This document shows, one piece after another, positions 26,784 to 48,550 of a DNA stretch of 64,000 bases. Source of the DNA: Ancylonema sp. (lineage: Eukaryota); contig JBFLGF010000061.1 in the NCBI GenBank assembly GCA_050230475.1, positions 1-64,000 on the forward strand, given 5' to 3'. Position 1 is the stretch's first letter. Each line of letters starts with the position of its first letter. The notes beneath the pieces were generated by a model. It was not told the DNA's origin, did not search any database, and saw nothing but the letters and a program-made list of their open reading frames with translations. Both the position numbers and the translations under genes were made by a program.

Positions 26784-27240
26784 TAGGCTGTCCGGTTCAA
26801 ACCTAGTCCGGCCCAGTCTAACCCAATTTATCTCAAAATCCCAGTCTACCGTCCCAAAACCCCAGTCTAATTAAATCCATTTCACCACCAGACAGGAAGC
26901 GGACTGGCCAGTCTCCAGTCCGGACTGGACCCAGTCCGGACTGGAGACAGGCCCCCATGCTGCATGGAACCACGGAGGGACTCATCGGACGGTCGTTTCG
27001 TCCTGTTTTTCGTCGCAGCCGGTCGCATGCCGGTCCAGCCGGATCGTGTCGCCTGCGAAAACAGAGAGGCTGGGCCTCGGTCACAGCGGCTGGCGTTCGG
27101 CTGTATGGCTGGATTGCAGAAAATAGAAGGTGGACTAAAAAGGAGGGGAGAATGGAAAGAAAATACTGGTCGATGCGGATTAACCCTCTACACTGAGCGT
27201 TTAGGACAGCCGGGAAGTCGGCTAGATGGCATACAGCCTA
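26784..27240. mobile_element. Possible hAT-like MITE remnant
   Basis: Ends TAGGCTGT...ACAGCCTA with dense CCAGTC/GACTGG subterminal motifs; no TSD found. Confidence 0.4.
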
Positions 27241-27490
27241 TATCGTCTTCAAAATTTTTATTTAGCAGGTTGCAGAGCGCATACTACATTGATTCATTGC
27301 CGCCATCTCCGCACACTTCGTATCACAATGCTTCACAATCCAAATCCCGGACTCTTCCCAAGCCCACGCCTTCCACATCCCATGGCAAGACATATATGTA
27401 ATATAAGGTCGGCATGGTGGTGGACACTTAGGTGAACTGGCAGATTCGAAGTCCCCCAAAAAAATTTGGAAGGGTCGAGGCGGGGGAAGT

Positions 27491-27520
27491 TTATTTTTAT
27501 TATCATTATTATTATTATTG

Positions 27521-27570
<50 letters not shown>

Positions 27571-27626
27571 GTTATTATTGTTATTATTATTATTATTATT
27601 AATCATCATCATCATCATTATTATTA
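27491..27626. repeat. (TTA)n microsatellite with a short (ATC)n block
   Basis: Direct read. Confidence 0.95.
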
Positions 27627-28138
27627 ATGCTTTCCCTGCTTATTTTCTTTCTTTACTTTCTCATGTATTCTTATGAATAGATCGTTGATACTGTCAAGAA
27701 ACGAGACCGAAGGAATATGGCGGAGGAAACTTTTTATTCCTACAAAACTCAATAATCAAACATATATTGACATTATACATGGTTATTGCGACATGACTAT
27801 ACAGTAAGAAACCCATTACATGGGATATGATCTTGCCCAAAGGATTAGATTCATCGCCATAATGTGCTAGGGGAATCGGTGGGTAAACCCAAAATAATTC
27901 GAACAGGTCGGGAACAGACATGGGGGAACTTCTACCATCACATATACCGATTTCATGTTTTGAAATGGTGGCTATTTAAATTTACTCATGTGGGTACATC
28001 GAAATGATGAATATAATACAAGAAATATATGTTCTACATGTGCCCAAACATGTCGAAGTCCATAGACTTTTCATGTCCTCCCACTCCAACAAGGCCAAGT
28101 GCCAGCACCCAATCTTTAATGTGTATGCATCCATGGCA

Positions 28139-32177
<4,039 letters not shown>

Positions 32178-32945
32178 CGCGACTCCTTCGAGAACACGTT
32201 CTGGTTCCAAAAATTCACGTCACTTTTCTTGGCGATTATTGTCGTTTTTTTTTGGGACGCTTATTGCGTCTGTGTGTGTTTGAAGCTTGAATCGCTGCAG
32301 CGAGCAAACACAGGAGGACAATTAACGCCCCACATCAGATGCCAAGCGGCCTCGAAAGCCGTCTCGTGAACGTCTTCATTGTGGACTCCGATATTTCTGA
32401 GCAGCGCAGAAAAAAACTAGGAAACTGAAGGCAGAACTAAAGAGGAGGAAACCAAAAGAACACAGATCTAAAGTTCGCAGCCTTCTTGCCTTTAGGCAAA
32501 ACGCAACAAAGCCCGAGGCTCAATATATTATTATTGCGCCTCGGGCGAATTTATTCGACGTGTCAATTCTTTCTTTCGCCACTTTTTGAACTGGGGATCC
32601 CGCCTGTGGCGGAAAACCAGACGTCCCTCAGCGATTTCCATTTCGTTTCCTGACATTTCACGGAATCCTCGGCTTCAGTTTTCGACACACAGATGTCTCG
32701 ACCTTGGCTGATAACACATGACCTCGACTGACAACAAATGACCTTCGCCATGCACCAGCCGTACATTTCACTCTTCATCGCCAATGCTGTCAATGACATA
32801 TCCCCCGATAAAATTGCACGATTTAGTGCCGCTGTCAGCTGCATAGCTTCCTGAAGCCCTTCACCAGATCACAAAGCATTTGTCGCAGCTTACTCTCTCC
32901 AATTCAGCTATTGATTCAATTTCAAGACATACATATCTTTTCATC

Positions 32946-34345
32946 ATGATTGTGATTGACAAAGACACGATCGACAAAGTCCTCACATACACGGGTGCGT
33001 GTGCCATACCGAGCTTACTCACGTGCGAGTAAATCGCTGTAAAAAGTACTCATAGATAGATAGACCTGTCTATCTGGGCACTCCTTAAATATCTATCCCA
33101 GAAGAGATGATTTGGGAGAGACACTATACATGAGGTCATTGACTCAAAGTGTGTCTTACCCTGGCCTGCCCTCTGTGCTTAGGTTTGATCGAGCGCCTAC
33201 GAACCGCATTCCGGTCCCCTTCGTCTATAACAGTGCCTCAGCGCCACCACCATGCCATAAAAACAGAGGAAGGGCCCGACAATATATTATTGCTCATGCC
33301 CGCATGGAGTACTAAGACCGACAAAGGTGCGGAATACGTGGACGCATTAGTTTACTCTCAATGCATGAACATAGACATGTATTAAATTGTTACATATGTG
33401 TGTGGATATGGACTTACATAGAGGCGAACTTATGGGTACATATCCACAAATTTTTCACCCTTTCCCCCCTCTCACAGGGCACATAGGGGGTAAGATTGTC
33501 CATGTAGTCCCCAGAAATGCCTCCCTAGGATTGTCCTCTATCAGCGGATCCTACCTCCTCTCAGACTCCGCCACAGGCCACCCTTTAGCGGTTATCGATG
33601 GGGCAGCGCTCACCGTGTGGCGAACTGCATGTGCGAGCGCACTCGCAGCAGACTACCTCGCAAGGTAAGCACTTGAATTCATTCGTGGCACGTTACACTA
33701 TTTGATGCAAAGCTCATACTTTGGTGCAGATCCGATTCAGAGGTGTTGCTGATGGTAGGAGCTGGTGCTTTGAGCGCCCATCTTATAAAGGCGCACATTG
33801 TTGTGCGGCCTTCACTTAAACGTGTAGTGATTTGGAATCGATCTTTTGTAAACGCACAAAAGGTGGTGGACTCGCTACATGACCTTTGCCACCTGTGTGA
33901 CGGTTCAAGGATATATGTTGAAGCTCATGAAGATCTAGAGTCGTGCGTTCGACAAGCGGACATTATCACGTGTGCAACGTTCTCTTCTGAACCGTTAGTT
34001 TTGGGCCAATGGGTGAAACGTGGCACACATGTGGACTTGGTGGGAGCGTTTAAGCCAAGCATGCGGGAGACAGATGATGATGTCATTCAGCATGCTAAGT
34101 TGTATGTCGATACAAGGGAAGGCGCTTTAAAGGAAGGAGGGGATTTGGTTAGTCCTCTATCGAGAGGGGTGATTGGTGTTGAACATGTTTTGGGGGATTT
34201 GTATGAACTGGTGCAAGGGAAGGTGAAGGGGAGGCAGGGAGAGGGGGAAACGACTGTGTTCAAATCTGTGGGGTATGCTCTAGAAGACTTGGTTGGGGCC
34301 GAGCTCATATACGAAATAATCAAGGGTATAGATGCGGAAGTGTGA
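32946..34345 (+). CDS. Ornithine cyclodeaminase/mu-crystallin family protein (SARD4-like)
   Basis: Four exons. Motifs VPQRHHH, LLLMPAW, LTVWRTACASALAADYLAR, VGAGAL, HVDLVGAFKPSMRETDD, TVFKSVG.ALED. Confidence 0.92.
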
Positions 34346-35965
34346 CAGATTGAAGCTAGAATGACGTGATCGGATTGCTATCTAAGGCATTTTTGGGAAC
34401 TTCAAACTATTTTACTTACTTCTTGTGTGCCTAATCAATCGTAGTCTCTCGCTCCATTCGAGAATGCAACAAAAAAGTAGATCCACTTGGTGTGTGTTAA
34501 GTTTGTGAAGGGAGGAACCATAGATTCGAAGCTTCAAATGTTTCACGATCATAATTGTGCCACATGCAGACCTACAGCGCACATGACGGATACCGTTTTA
34601 GGATAAGGTATTCAATGGACAAAATATTCGGAAATGATTGTATGATCCTAAATCATCTTCTTTTCTTTGTATTAATATGTAATTTTGTAAGCATATCTTA
34701 TGAACAACAACACACTCCTTCTACCTTTTGTACTTGTGTATAACCCCATAGATCTTTTAAAATCTTTGCATGCCTCTGCAATCTTGATCAATAACATTCG
34801 TTCAATGAGTCAGTGTGAGCACAAGGTGTTGTTAAATAGGTACAATCTTGATGTGCCCATGCAACGTGTCCACGCGATCGCAACGTGATCGATACATTGC
34901 GATTCGAATTCGCTGGAATTGTAGGATGGTAGAGAGTGTGGTTCTAATATGACACAAGAGAAGATAGGAGCATAACTTTACATATGTTACAAGTGAGTCA
35001 CTTCATAATTGCATGACACGCTACCACCTGAAATACATGTATTGTTAGAGAACGTGATGTTGTTAGCTCCTTCTCTGAGTCGGTTGAGAGGACAAAGCAA
35101 AGGAACAATGAACACAGTTTTCGGAATGTATCTTTTGTGATATAGAATGTACCACAATTGCACACCAATTGTAGACCTTGATCTAACTTTCTTCTCCGAT
35201 TTTAGACCGAGTCTAGACCCGGTTTATTTGCAGAAGAAAGTATAATATCAGAAAACATTGGAACAACACGCTTTCTATTTTCTGAACAATACTTATTTTC
35301 TTCTCGAATACTTATAAACTATTTTTATCGATACAACAAGCTATTACAAATGAAAGTATTGAAAGGCCAAGAACTAATGTAGTGGTGAAGTTGTCACACC
35401 ATATTAGAGAAGGAAGGTATCAAATCCAGCGTCCTCCATCGGGGTCAGATCCATTTAAACGGACAAGGATGCGTGGGACGAAGGAAGACAAAATTGGCGT
35501 GGGTCCTAGTCTAGTCCACAGGGGCCCTAGTGTAAACTCGAGACTACATAAACACGAAGCAATCCGACAAGTCGATGCCTCATATTGATGCCTTGATTTG
35601 AAAAAATGAAATGCGTGGACAAGATGAGTGGCCATGTGTAACTGTGAACGATTCACATTTATCGTTGACAATTGAGTCGGTGGGCTTGAATAGGTCGGCG
35701 TGATTTTTTTGGGGACTCTTGGGCTGGACTGCATGGTGTCAGGGGGCTGGAGGAGAATAGGCCCTGCACGGCTGGGGCGGACGGGGCTGGGCACAACTTT
35801 ATAGATTATAGATTTATTTTCGGGGGTTTCTGGGGGTGGTTTTGTGAAGACTGGGAAAACAACAGACCCGAAAAATACCCCAAAACCTCGATCGTGTCCG
35901 GGCTGCATCCAGCCGTGTCCGGAAGTGGAGAACAAGTGGAGACTCGCATCATATGAGGCCGAGTG

Positions 35966-36732
35966 ATGGGAAAGAACAATGCTCATGATGGTAGCGGAGT
36001 CTCAGCTGCAGGAGCGACACCGACGATGCGGCCTGTTGCTTTGGATGGTGGCGATGCAGGTGAGATGAAGAAGCGCGCGGAGCGGTTCGGTCTCCCGGTT
36101 GGTGCAGGTGTTGCGGACGAGGAGAAGAAGAAAGCAAGGGCCGGGAAGTTCGGACTTACAACGCCAGAAAAAAACATTAGGTATGAATAGTGCGGTGGTA
36201 TGGAGTGCGCGTGTTCTCTTTTTCCATGCTTCTGTTCTTTAAATAATGCTGTGAACTCCGATGCTATCCTGAATCCCCTCTGTACTTTAACCTGGTGCAC
36301 CTGATAGTTCCTCATGACGAGCTTCATATTTCTTCCTGTGCCAGCACATCTGTGGAAGACCAGAAGAAAGCAGCTCGGTCTGAGAGGTTTGATTTAAATT
36401 CAGCGGAAGCCATAGCATCGGAGGTAATTGTGACGAAGGTGGATCCAGTGGAAGAGTCAAAGATAAAGGCCGCCAGGAGTGAACGATTCAAGGATTCGCT
36501 AGCGACTGAGGAACCTGCTCCTGTATCAAATGGACAGCAGGAGACGTTAAAGGGTAGAAAGCCAGGGGTAGCCGTTGTTCCCATGAATCCAGAAGAAGTG
36601 GATAAGCGGAAGGCTCGTGCGGAAAGGTAAGCCAAGAGAAATGTTGTCAAGATTCATCCATTGAACATTGTTATCTCTGGCGCGGGGATAGAGATGACCT
36701 TTGCTGCGGCTATTGTTGTTGCATGCAGTGAC

Positions 36733-36782
<50 letters not shown>

Positions 36783-37488
36783 GGATGATGATGATGATGA
36801 TGATGATGAGGGTGATGATGATGATGATGTCGATAATGATGATGATGTCGATAATGATGATGATGTCGATAATGATGACAATGATGCAGATGATAGCCAA
36901 TCCATAACAATTGATATAATTTGGCAACATATATTATTTTTATCGGTCCATAGATTTATAGCGATGATAGTTGTGGGTCGTGGCTATGCTGATCCCCATG
37001 TTTTATTAAGACATAAAAATCTATGAAAACCCCTACATTGATCTATCCAAGTATTAAAAATTGAGTATCACTAACCCAAAGTCATCCTTAGTAATTTCGT
37101 TAACCATACGCTTTCCAACTTTTCTCACTCAAAACTTACGAAGGGACAAACAAAGGCCTTTTCGTTAGAAAATGTGAGGGGAAATTTATTTCAGGGCCAC
37201 AATAAGGAAGTACAATAAATATTCGTTTTATGGATACTCGTTATAGGCACAGTCGCGCTATAAGCACCAAAATTATGTGTACCGACTTCCCCATGCCATA
37301 TCGTCTTCGTTATAGGTACTAGCACACCACGTTACACGCACACAGAAAGAGCTCACGGCATTCTGTGCATGCTTGTTGTGAGCAGGTTTGGGGTGCCCGT
37401 GAAGCCTGCAGATGAGCTCGAAGCTCGGAAATAGCAGAGAGCGGAAAGATTTGGTGACGCTGCAGAAGCATCAGCTGTGACTGCATAA
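35966..37488 (+). CDS. MOS11/Tho1/SARNP-like protein (RAERFG repeats); in-frame TAG at 37432-37434
   Basis: Exons ~35966-36180, 36345-36626, 37386-37488. Repeats KKRAERFG, KKKARAGKFG, KKAARSERF, KRKARAERFG. Confidence 0.75.
36729..36893. repeat. (GAT)n microsatellite in MOS11-like intron 2
   Basis: Direct read. Confidence 0.95.
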
Positions 37489-38984
37489 GATGCAAGGAGC
37501 TGGGTGGGAGTGTGGTGCTCACCCATGCCATGCTACCGCATTGCATAAGTGCTATGTACAAAATGGGGGGGGGGAGAGGGAGAAGAGAGGTTGGTTTGTT
37601 TCCTTGATAGCAAGTATGAGAGAGGGAGGAAGAGGGTGAACCATACCTATGATATGTACACATGTGACTCAAGGTCCTCTTGGGATTGAGTGTGTTTCTT
37701 GTCTTCGTGGTGAGTTCGTTGGTGTGTGGTGCCATAGGGTTACGTAAATTCACAAACACTCGATTGAAGAAATCGGAACAAACAATATTTAGTTGAGATA
37801 CTTTGGTGACTTCGAATCGATTTGTGTTATGTGTCAATTGGCCATAAAAAAAATTTGAAGTCGAGGGCCAAGTTTAACGGAATTCCAGGCATAAAAGAAA
37901 TGAAATGACTAGAAACGGTATCTTACCAACCCATTTCCTATGTATTATTCTCAACTACCCAAGTCAGGCTTGTCAGGTCGATCGTGTCACAGTGCGTGCG
38001 TGTCGTGTGCACAGATTTGACGAGGTGTCAGAAAAGTAAGTCAAGGACATACATAGAGATTGCTTGATTGGAATAAGTAATAGTGAAGTAGGTGTGGAGT
38101 AGTGATGCCTACTTTCTTCTTATTGGTCACAAATGAAACCATGGCCGGATGGGACTGTCGGTGAAGGAGTAGAAGCCACCATTGTCGAACATGTGAACAT
38201 TGAATCACAAAGCTACAATTGCATATGTACGCCACATCTGTCCGCCATACACATATATCAAACTCACATGCATGTTGCGGCCGCACAAAGTATGCATATC
38301 ATCGATAACACAACGAGGACGTGTGACACATTCTAACACCATTGCTAGGGGCAATTTGAACCATGCATGACCGCACTTATCGCGCATCAGTTTTAAAGCT
38401 GGTGGCCTTAGGGCTGGAAACTAGAAAAACACACGACGCCCATCTGGGTTGTAATGTCGTGAAAAAGCATGGACTATGCATAAATGGCTAGAAAGGATAA
38501 AATTAGTTATAATCATCACACGATTTCGGTGGAAACTCCTGCAATTGATGTATGGCATGTATGAAATGCATTAAATTTCACTTTGCGTCTCAAGTTTTTT
38601 AATGGCGTCACACTTTTGACAATGAAGGGATAAGACAAAAGGGCATAGATTGGATATATTGGATAACTCCCAGATTTTTATCGAAGAAAACATGGCTTAG
38701 GGCTGGCACAGAAGAAGGCGAAGATAGGAAGAAATTTGGGCATTGCACAGATTTGACCCTCACGTGACATACTAGATGGTGAAGAATTGCAAGCTTCGAA
38801 ACTTGAGAGCACAATACTTGTAATATTTTTCGCTTTATTCAACATCGCCAAGTACACAACACCATCCGGTGCTCTTGTCCCTTCTATCACAAATCCGTGA
38901 TGCGTTTGCCAAAAATGAAGAAGACGAGTTTTAACTAATTACGACACACATTTCTTGGCAATGAAAAATGAGCACAGATCAAAT

Positions 38985-42625
<3,641 letters not shown>

Positions 42626-43244
42626 GGAAGATGAAGATGTGAACCGCGTGCGTTCTGCTACGATTGACGGATCTGAATTTCTGAGGAGAACGGCTGCAGA
42701 GATGTAACATTTGAGGGTGAAAATTCGCCGGTGTATTTGTGCAGCGAGTGGAGCTGAGAGCTGTTGAGGAAAGGGTATCAAATCTGTGCGTTGCTAACAC
42801 GTGGACTCCGGCTGACTCCGCACAGAATCCGCCCGCTTCGTTTCCTCTTTGAGTGCCAGCTAGCGGCCCCACAGATACCTTCGGATACTTCAAACCGGTG
42901 ACTGCAATTGCCAAACATAAACGGACCGTGCCGGATATCCGGTGGACGTCCAGCCTCGACACATCCGGCCATTCAGACGAGAGAGGAGACGCTTCAAGCA
43001 TGCGCCAGGAGCCATGTGGCGATACAAGAGGGATTTTTTTGACGTATTTTTAATGCCCCGCAAGTCACACTTTGTTCAGTCCACAAGGTCCGCGTAGCAA
43101 TCCTTGGCGGGGGATACAAGTGTACATAATTTTAACACCGTTTCAAGGTCGGAAGGTGGTAATTTTCGGCAGACGACCTCCTGATTGCAGACTGTACAGG
43201 CGCCCTATCCCCACACCATTTCCTCCGTAATTACGCTGACGAAA

Positions 43245-45185
43245 ATGATGCCTGATGGAGGTACAGAGCCTCCGCCTTTACCTTTCACTTCAGAGGAGAG
43301 TGCCGAGGCCTCTGAAGGGACTGACTCGGTGTCGGCACGTGATTTAAATGCCGAGCCTGCGCCAGGACTCCCAGTGCTGATCGCGGCCGAGGAGCCTCAG
43401 CAAGCTAGTGACGGAGGTAGCTTGTACACAGAACAGGAAGATGTCGAAGAAATGAACAACAGGGAAAGTAAAAAAGAGATAGTGGAGGGAGACCATGGAA
43501 AGGCCACAAATCCTCGCAATCAGACGCAAGACCTCGTCGCGAAAGCCTTGTACTGCCTCTATTCTGCTCAGGCCCTTGGTTGTGGGGGCGATAGAATGTG
43601 GGACTTTGCCATCGCTCTTTTCTTTGTAGCGATATGGCCAGACTCTCTCCTTCTCGTGGCTCTCTATGGCCTTGCCTCTGCCGCCTCAGTGGCCTTTCTC
43701 GGAACATTCGTGGGAAGATACGTCAGCCTTTCTCCTCGGCGAGAGCTCATCACGACTGCCGTCATCGCGCAGATCGTGACGAATCTTTTAACAGCTGGGG
43801 CCATAATGCTGCTGCTGATTCCAGCTAACATTCCACCAACGGACGAGGCAGTCACGGGGTCTAATACCTTTTCTGTTGCCCTCATCCAACCCGGCTTTCT
43901 TTTCTACTCCCTCGTTTCGTTTATTATTGTCCTCGCCGTCGTAGGCGCTCTGGCGGGATTAGCTGGCAGCGTGGCGTTAGAGAAAGACTGGGTGGTGGTT
44001 ACAGCGGCAGAGTCCTCTAAACCAGGCCAACTAGGAGAGATTAATACCGTCCTATGTCGGATAGACTTGATTTCCCGCCTTCTGGCCCCTACAGCTGTCG
44101 GAACCCTAATGTACTTCACAACAACACTTTCTGCCGCTGCCTACATCACCCTCTGGAACCTTCTCTCCGCTTTCGCCGAGTACTATCTCCTCATCCTCGC
44201 ATACAACTCCATACCGGCTCTAGCTAACAAAGACTCGGTCCCCTCTCGCCATGCTTCTGTGGGGAGGGAGGCAGAAGCGGGAAGGGAGGAGGCAGAAATG
44301 GAACCAATGAATGGTGAGAGCGCCGACATGTTCAACGATATGGACATGTTCAATGAAGATCTGAGCTCTCCAGGGAAAGAGGGGGTGCCGGGGGAAGCAA
44401 ACCGGGGGGCAGGAGGAGGTTTGTTGGGATTTAGTGGTCGAAGTGACAGTTCAAACCCAGGGGAGGTCTTGCCTGGAGAGACATTCGGCCAACAAGGGAG
44501 GTGGCGCATGCCACCTGGCTTTGAAACCAAGGACCTTCTCCTCCGCCTCAGGGAGTTCCGCGATGATTGGAGGGTTTATTTGCGGCAGGGGAGTCTATAC
44601 GCTGCTCTCTCTGTAGCTCTCCAATTCCTCACAGTGCTCAGCTTTGACGCATTGATGACGGCGGACCTTCGGTGGAATGGTGTATCCCCCTTACTCCTCG
44701 GAATAGGGCGGGGTTTGTCGGCCACGGCAGGACTAGGAGGGACCCTTCTCTTCCCATACGTGCAAAGGGAAATCGGCACGCTTCAAACAGGGATGTACGC
44801 GGTGTGGGCGCAATGGGCCTTCTTGCTCCTCTGCGTGATCTCCATTTTCTCGCAAGGCATCGTGTTTTCGTTGTTTCTCGTGGTCGGAGTCATTGGGTCT
44901 AGGGTGGGGCTCTATATATTTGACCTTTCAGCAACTCAGCTGATTCAGGAAAGTGTACCAGAGGCGGAGAGGGGAGTAGTGGGGGGAGTGCAAGGTTCCC
45001 TGCAGGAATGTTGTTCCATGCTTATTTTTACAATTGGAGTAGGGTGGCCTCGACCTGAAGACTTCTGGATTTTAGTTTCCATCTCTCACGTTTCTACAAC
45101 AGTATCCGCGGTGATGTATCTATTTCATGTCGGGTTATCCAGGGGGGATATTTGGCCGGTGGCACAGGCTTATGACAGCGTTTGA
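43245..45185 (+). CDS. Ferroportin/IREG (SLC40) metal exporter, single exon
   Basis: Uninterrupted ORF with many TM segments. Motifs GDRMWDFA, WPDSLLLVALYG, LEKDWVVV, RIDL, SRVGLYIFDL, ERGVVGGVQ. Confidence 0.93.
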   Translation: MMPDGGTEPPPLPFTSEESAEASEGTDSVSARDLNAEPAPGLPVLIAAEEPQQASDGGSLYTEQEDVEEMNNRESKKEIVEGDHGKATNPRNQTQDLVAKALYCLYSAQALGCGGDRMWDFAIALFFVAIWPDSLLLVALYGLASAASVAFLGTFVGRYVSLSPRRELITTAVIAQIVTNLLTAGAIMLLLIPANIPPTDEAVTGSNTFSVALIQPGFLFYSLVSFIIVLAVVGALAGLAGSVALEKDWVVVTAAESSKPGQLGEINTVLCRIDLISRLLAPTAVGTLMYFTTTLSAAAYITLWNLLSAFAEYYLLILAYNSIPALANKDSVPSRHASVGREAEAGREEAEMEPMNGESADMFNDMDMFNEDLSSPGKEGVPGEANRGAGGGLLGFSGRSDSSNPGEVLPGETFGQQGRWRMPPGFETKDLLLRLREFRDDWRVYLRQGSLYAALSVALQFLTVLSFDALMTADLRWNGVSPLLLGIGRGLSATAGLGGTLLFPYVQREIGTLQTGMYAVWAQWAFLLLCVISIFSQGIVFSLFLVVGVIGSRVGLYIFDLSATQLIQESVPEAERGVVGGVQGSLQECCSMLIFTIGVGWPRPEDFWILVSISHVSTTVSAVMYLFHVGLSRGDIWPVAQAYDSV

Positions 45186-48100
45186 ATGGCCGTGGGTACG
45201 CAAGAAGTGTCTCTGCATATTATTTTGTAACTCATGCATCTCACTTTGAGAGTGGGGTGGGCCTTTATGTCCAGTTTTTCGGAATTTTAGGTAGGTTTCA
45301 GTCGGGGAGTACAATTAGTTTGTATATTTTTGTGCTAAAAAATAATGCCTCGAGAACCTCGCGTAGTGCGTCGAAGGGCGGAATCAAGAAATTGTAGCAA
45401 GTATCAGATAGATTCAATCTCGTCGTTGCGTCCCTTCCACTTTGTGTACCTTGGTTTGACATGCTTGTTATACGCCAACATCGAGAATTGTCTTGCTTAC
45501 CACCTCCCATGTATACAAACTTTATGCTACAGATACTCCATTCCTGTACGTTCAAAGAACACAACTCTCAAGTATGCATAATTTATGCATATTCACTTCA
45601 CAGGTGAAGTGTTATTTTTCCTCTATCCGATCTTTCGTGTTAACAAAACAAGCGGCGAATAGATCTCTATAAAATTACCATCCTGAACCCCAACCATGCG
45701 AACCTGACTCAAACCCAACACACCATCGGACTATCAACCAAATGAAATGTGTCGACGGCATGTCATCCGAAGTGATTGGTATTGCTAACGAACATATACG
45801 CAGTACACACGATTATAATGGATGCTCGTTATCTTGATGACCTTAAAAATGGATATCTTCTTATCTTTTAATAATACCAATGTGAATGTGTTTCAACCTC
45901 TTACCATTGTCATCCATCGTTTTGTTTCACATACTTGGATTTATAAAATTGCATGAGGAAGACGTTATCGACACGTTTCGACATCAAAATCTTACGTTCA
46001 CCTTATGCAATAAAATCGTTGATCACGTTTGGTAATTACTCATACCAACTTAGTTAACTGAAGTGCAAAGTGTGCAGCTCAGCTTCAGCATTGCTATATG
46101 GAAGAATGTGCTAGCCCATCTCAAATTCAAAGTAAACAATTTCTACAAATACAACAGAGTGCTATCTTCCTACTCATTTTCCCTCTTTTGAAGCCACGGT
46201 ATACCAATTATTGATATCTGTAGAGTATGTTAAGTGCCGTGTCATTCCATGAGCTCAAGTTTGACCATAATTTTATTCCATTAAAAATCATAATCCGCAT
46301 CATCCGAAGATCTTCTTAGCTTGAAAAAATATATTGCGTTTCTGGAATTGTGTTTGAATAATGCAATCAGCTTGGAATCCATCGTCATCCACCTCTTCCT
46401 ATCGCCTAATATATCCCTTAAACTCTGATAATTGTTGTCTCCTCAATGCGACGTGACTCATGGCGCCAAATTTATGTAGAACCCACAACGAGCCGAGTCT
46501 ACACCCGTGACTATGCTCCTTGCCGGGTCCGCAGATGAGTACGTTGAGGTGAGTGTGTCCGACCAGCCGAGGGGGGAGTGCGTGACGTGACGATGCATTT
46601 CGCGCGAAAACAAATTGTGAATCGTTGAGCGAAGTTGCGACCGGTTGAAGTGAGACTGAGACCAATTGTTCAAATAAAACCTACACGGTTTAAGTCCAAG
46701 AACTTGTGCAAGCTTAGCGAAAAGTACCGCTATACCACGAAACAACGTAAAAGCACCTAACCAAAAGAGGACGTCAAGCTCAATACCATGATGGCCTGAA
46801 CACGGAATGCCTTCAGCTTCCCAGCTTCCCAACTCTAACCAGCTGAATCTGCAAGCTGAATCTGCTATCTTAATCATGCACTTTTCGGACTATTTCAACT
46901 CATCGACTTTTTTTAATTCAGCTTCCTTTTAATTTTCGAGTATATTCGACTTCTACCTCAAATCAACATGTCAACTCTCTGTCAGACAATATGCGATATA
47001 TATGGTGATTTGGCGCGGATAAGAGTGAATTTGCCCACACGATGATTTTACACATGCGCGGGTACAAGTTTTTATCGCAATATTTCGTTTTGCGATAGGA
47101 ATATTTATTTATCGTAATAACGAAACTTCGTGATTGCTCTGCTAGCCATGGCGTCATGTCCGTAAGACACTCCCAGAGACATTAGCTGGTGCCATATGGC
47201 CCCACTTGCGCATCTCTGAAACTGATCGGATTTCGTAACATGACCATAGGGCCAGTGGTGCCAATGGGAGATTGTGGTTCTTTTAAGATAACGATAGAGC
47301 TCAACGCTTGCGTTTGTGTTGTTGGATGTACATGTGGCCGAAGATAGCGGAGGTCGACTATTCAGTTGTACGGTAGGAGATTGCCCTCTGGCAGCCAAAA
47401 ATTATATCTAGTTGTAGAATCGATGTGCATGACGTTGATGCTAGAACATTGAGCTAGAAATGAAGATGCTAGCTTGTTGGTCGGCCAGAGGGCGCCGCAA
47501 AAGATCGCACGTGTTTTTTTGAGTTAGGAACTACATGTCGTGCCATCTAACATCGTGTCATATTCCCATGTGTGAATCAGTCGTTATGACGAACTTGTTG
47601 TGAGATGTTATTTCCCACTTGTGAATTCCGTTTCATCTCCTCACATGAATGTATACACATGGAATCATGACCTAGTCGAGGTCCGCTACACACACGTGCG
47701 CGCCAATATAAACCATTGCAAACACATCATGCAATTGTACTGCATGGCAAATATTATTTTCTAGTCTGCCTATGGCAAGGCGTTGCCATCGGCCTGGGCG
47801 TAGAGTGCCCGACGCTTGGAAGTTCTATGATGATGTAATGCACAATCGATCAATAACTGAAATCAATTCACAAAGGCTGAATTCTAGCCGAACGCAAAGA
47901 CAAATTACACAAGGATTTGGGGTAATTTGTTCGGCGGTTCCTGAGGTGTGATAAGGCCGATTAAGGTCTGATCACAAAGATTACAGAATGTATAGTGCTC
48001 AGCAAACTAATCAAGTTAGTAGCTACGAAGCTACCGATCCTTCCGCATCTACTTGCAGCGCTGTCTTAGCCGACTCAACTGATTAACTTAATGTCTTATC

Positions 48101-48550
48101 CACTCATAGATCGGTACGCTATGACACACGTCGCCACACCTTCTCCTCTAGCTGGGAAGAAGTTAAACGGGTACTGTGATAGTGCTGGACGAGTACTCAC
48201 ATGAGTTACAAATCTACCTTTCGGGCCTTGTCGCATCCCCGCAGAAGTATGCTAACTTGCAGCGCCGTTCACGCTGTGTGAATATTGCTAGGCAGTGACT
48301 ATGGAAATTGTATGCTATCCTACAACCGCTTGGTAATGCAGTTGTCAGTATAGTCCGTCTTTGGTGCAGCTGAAGGTGCTGTAGGTAGCGGAACAATCAT
48401 ACCGTTTGTACTAACTACGGTCTTAGATTCTATTCCACCTGCTAATGACAAATACGTCCGAAGGACACGTGTTACTTGGATCATTATCGAAAAATACCCA
48501 CGCGCATACCAAATATGAAATGAGGATGTAAATATCCGCACCTGCACCAT

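Noticed and set aside
27405..27626. tRNA-derived SINE with (TTA)n tail
   Set aside because: A/B-box matches are weak, and there is no cloverleaf, TSD or second copy.
45400..48500. Short ORFs in the gene-free stretch
   Set aside because: No recognisable motifs, splice-consistent structure or transposase signature.
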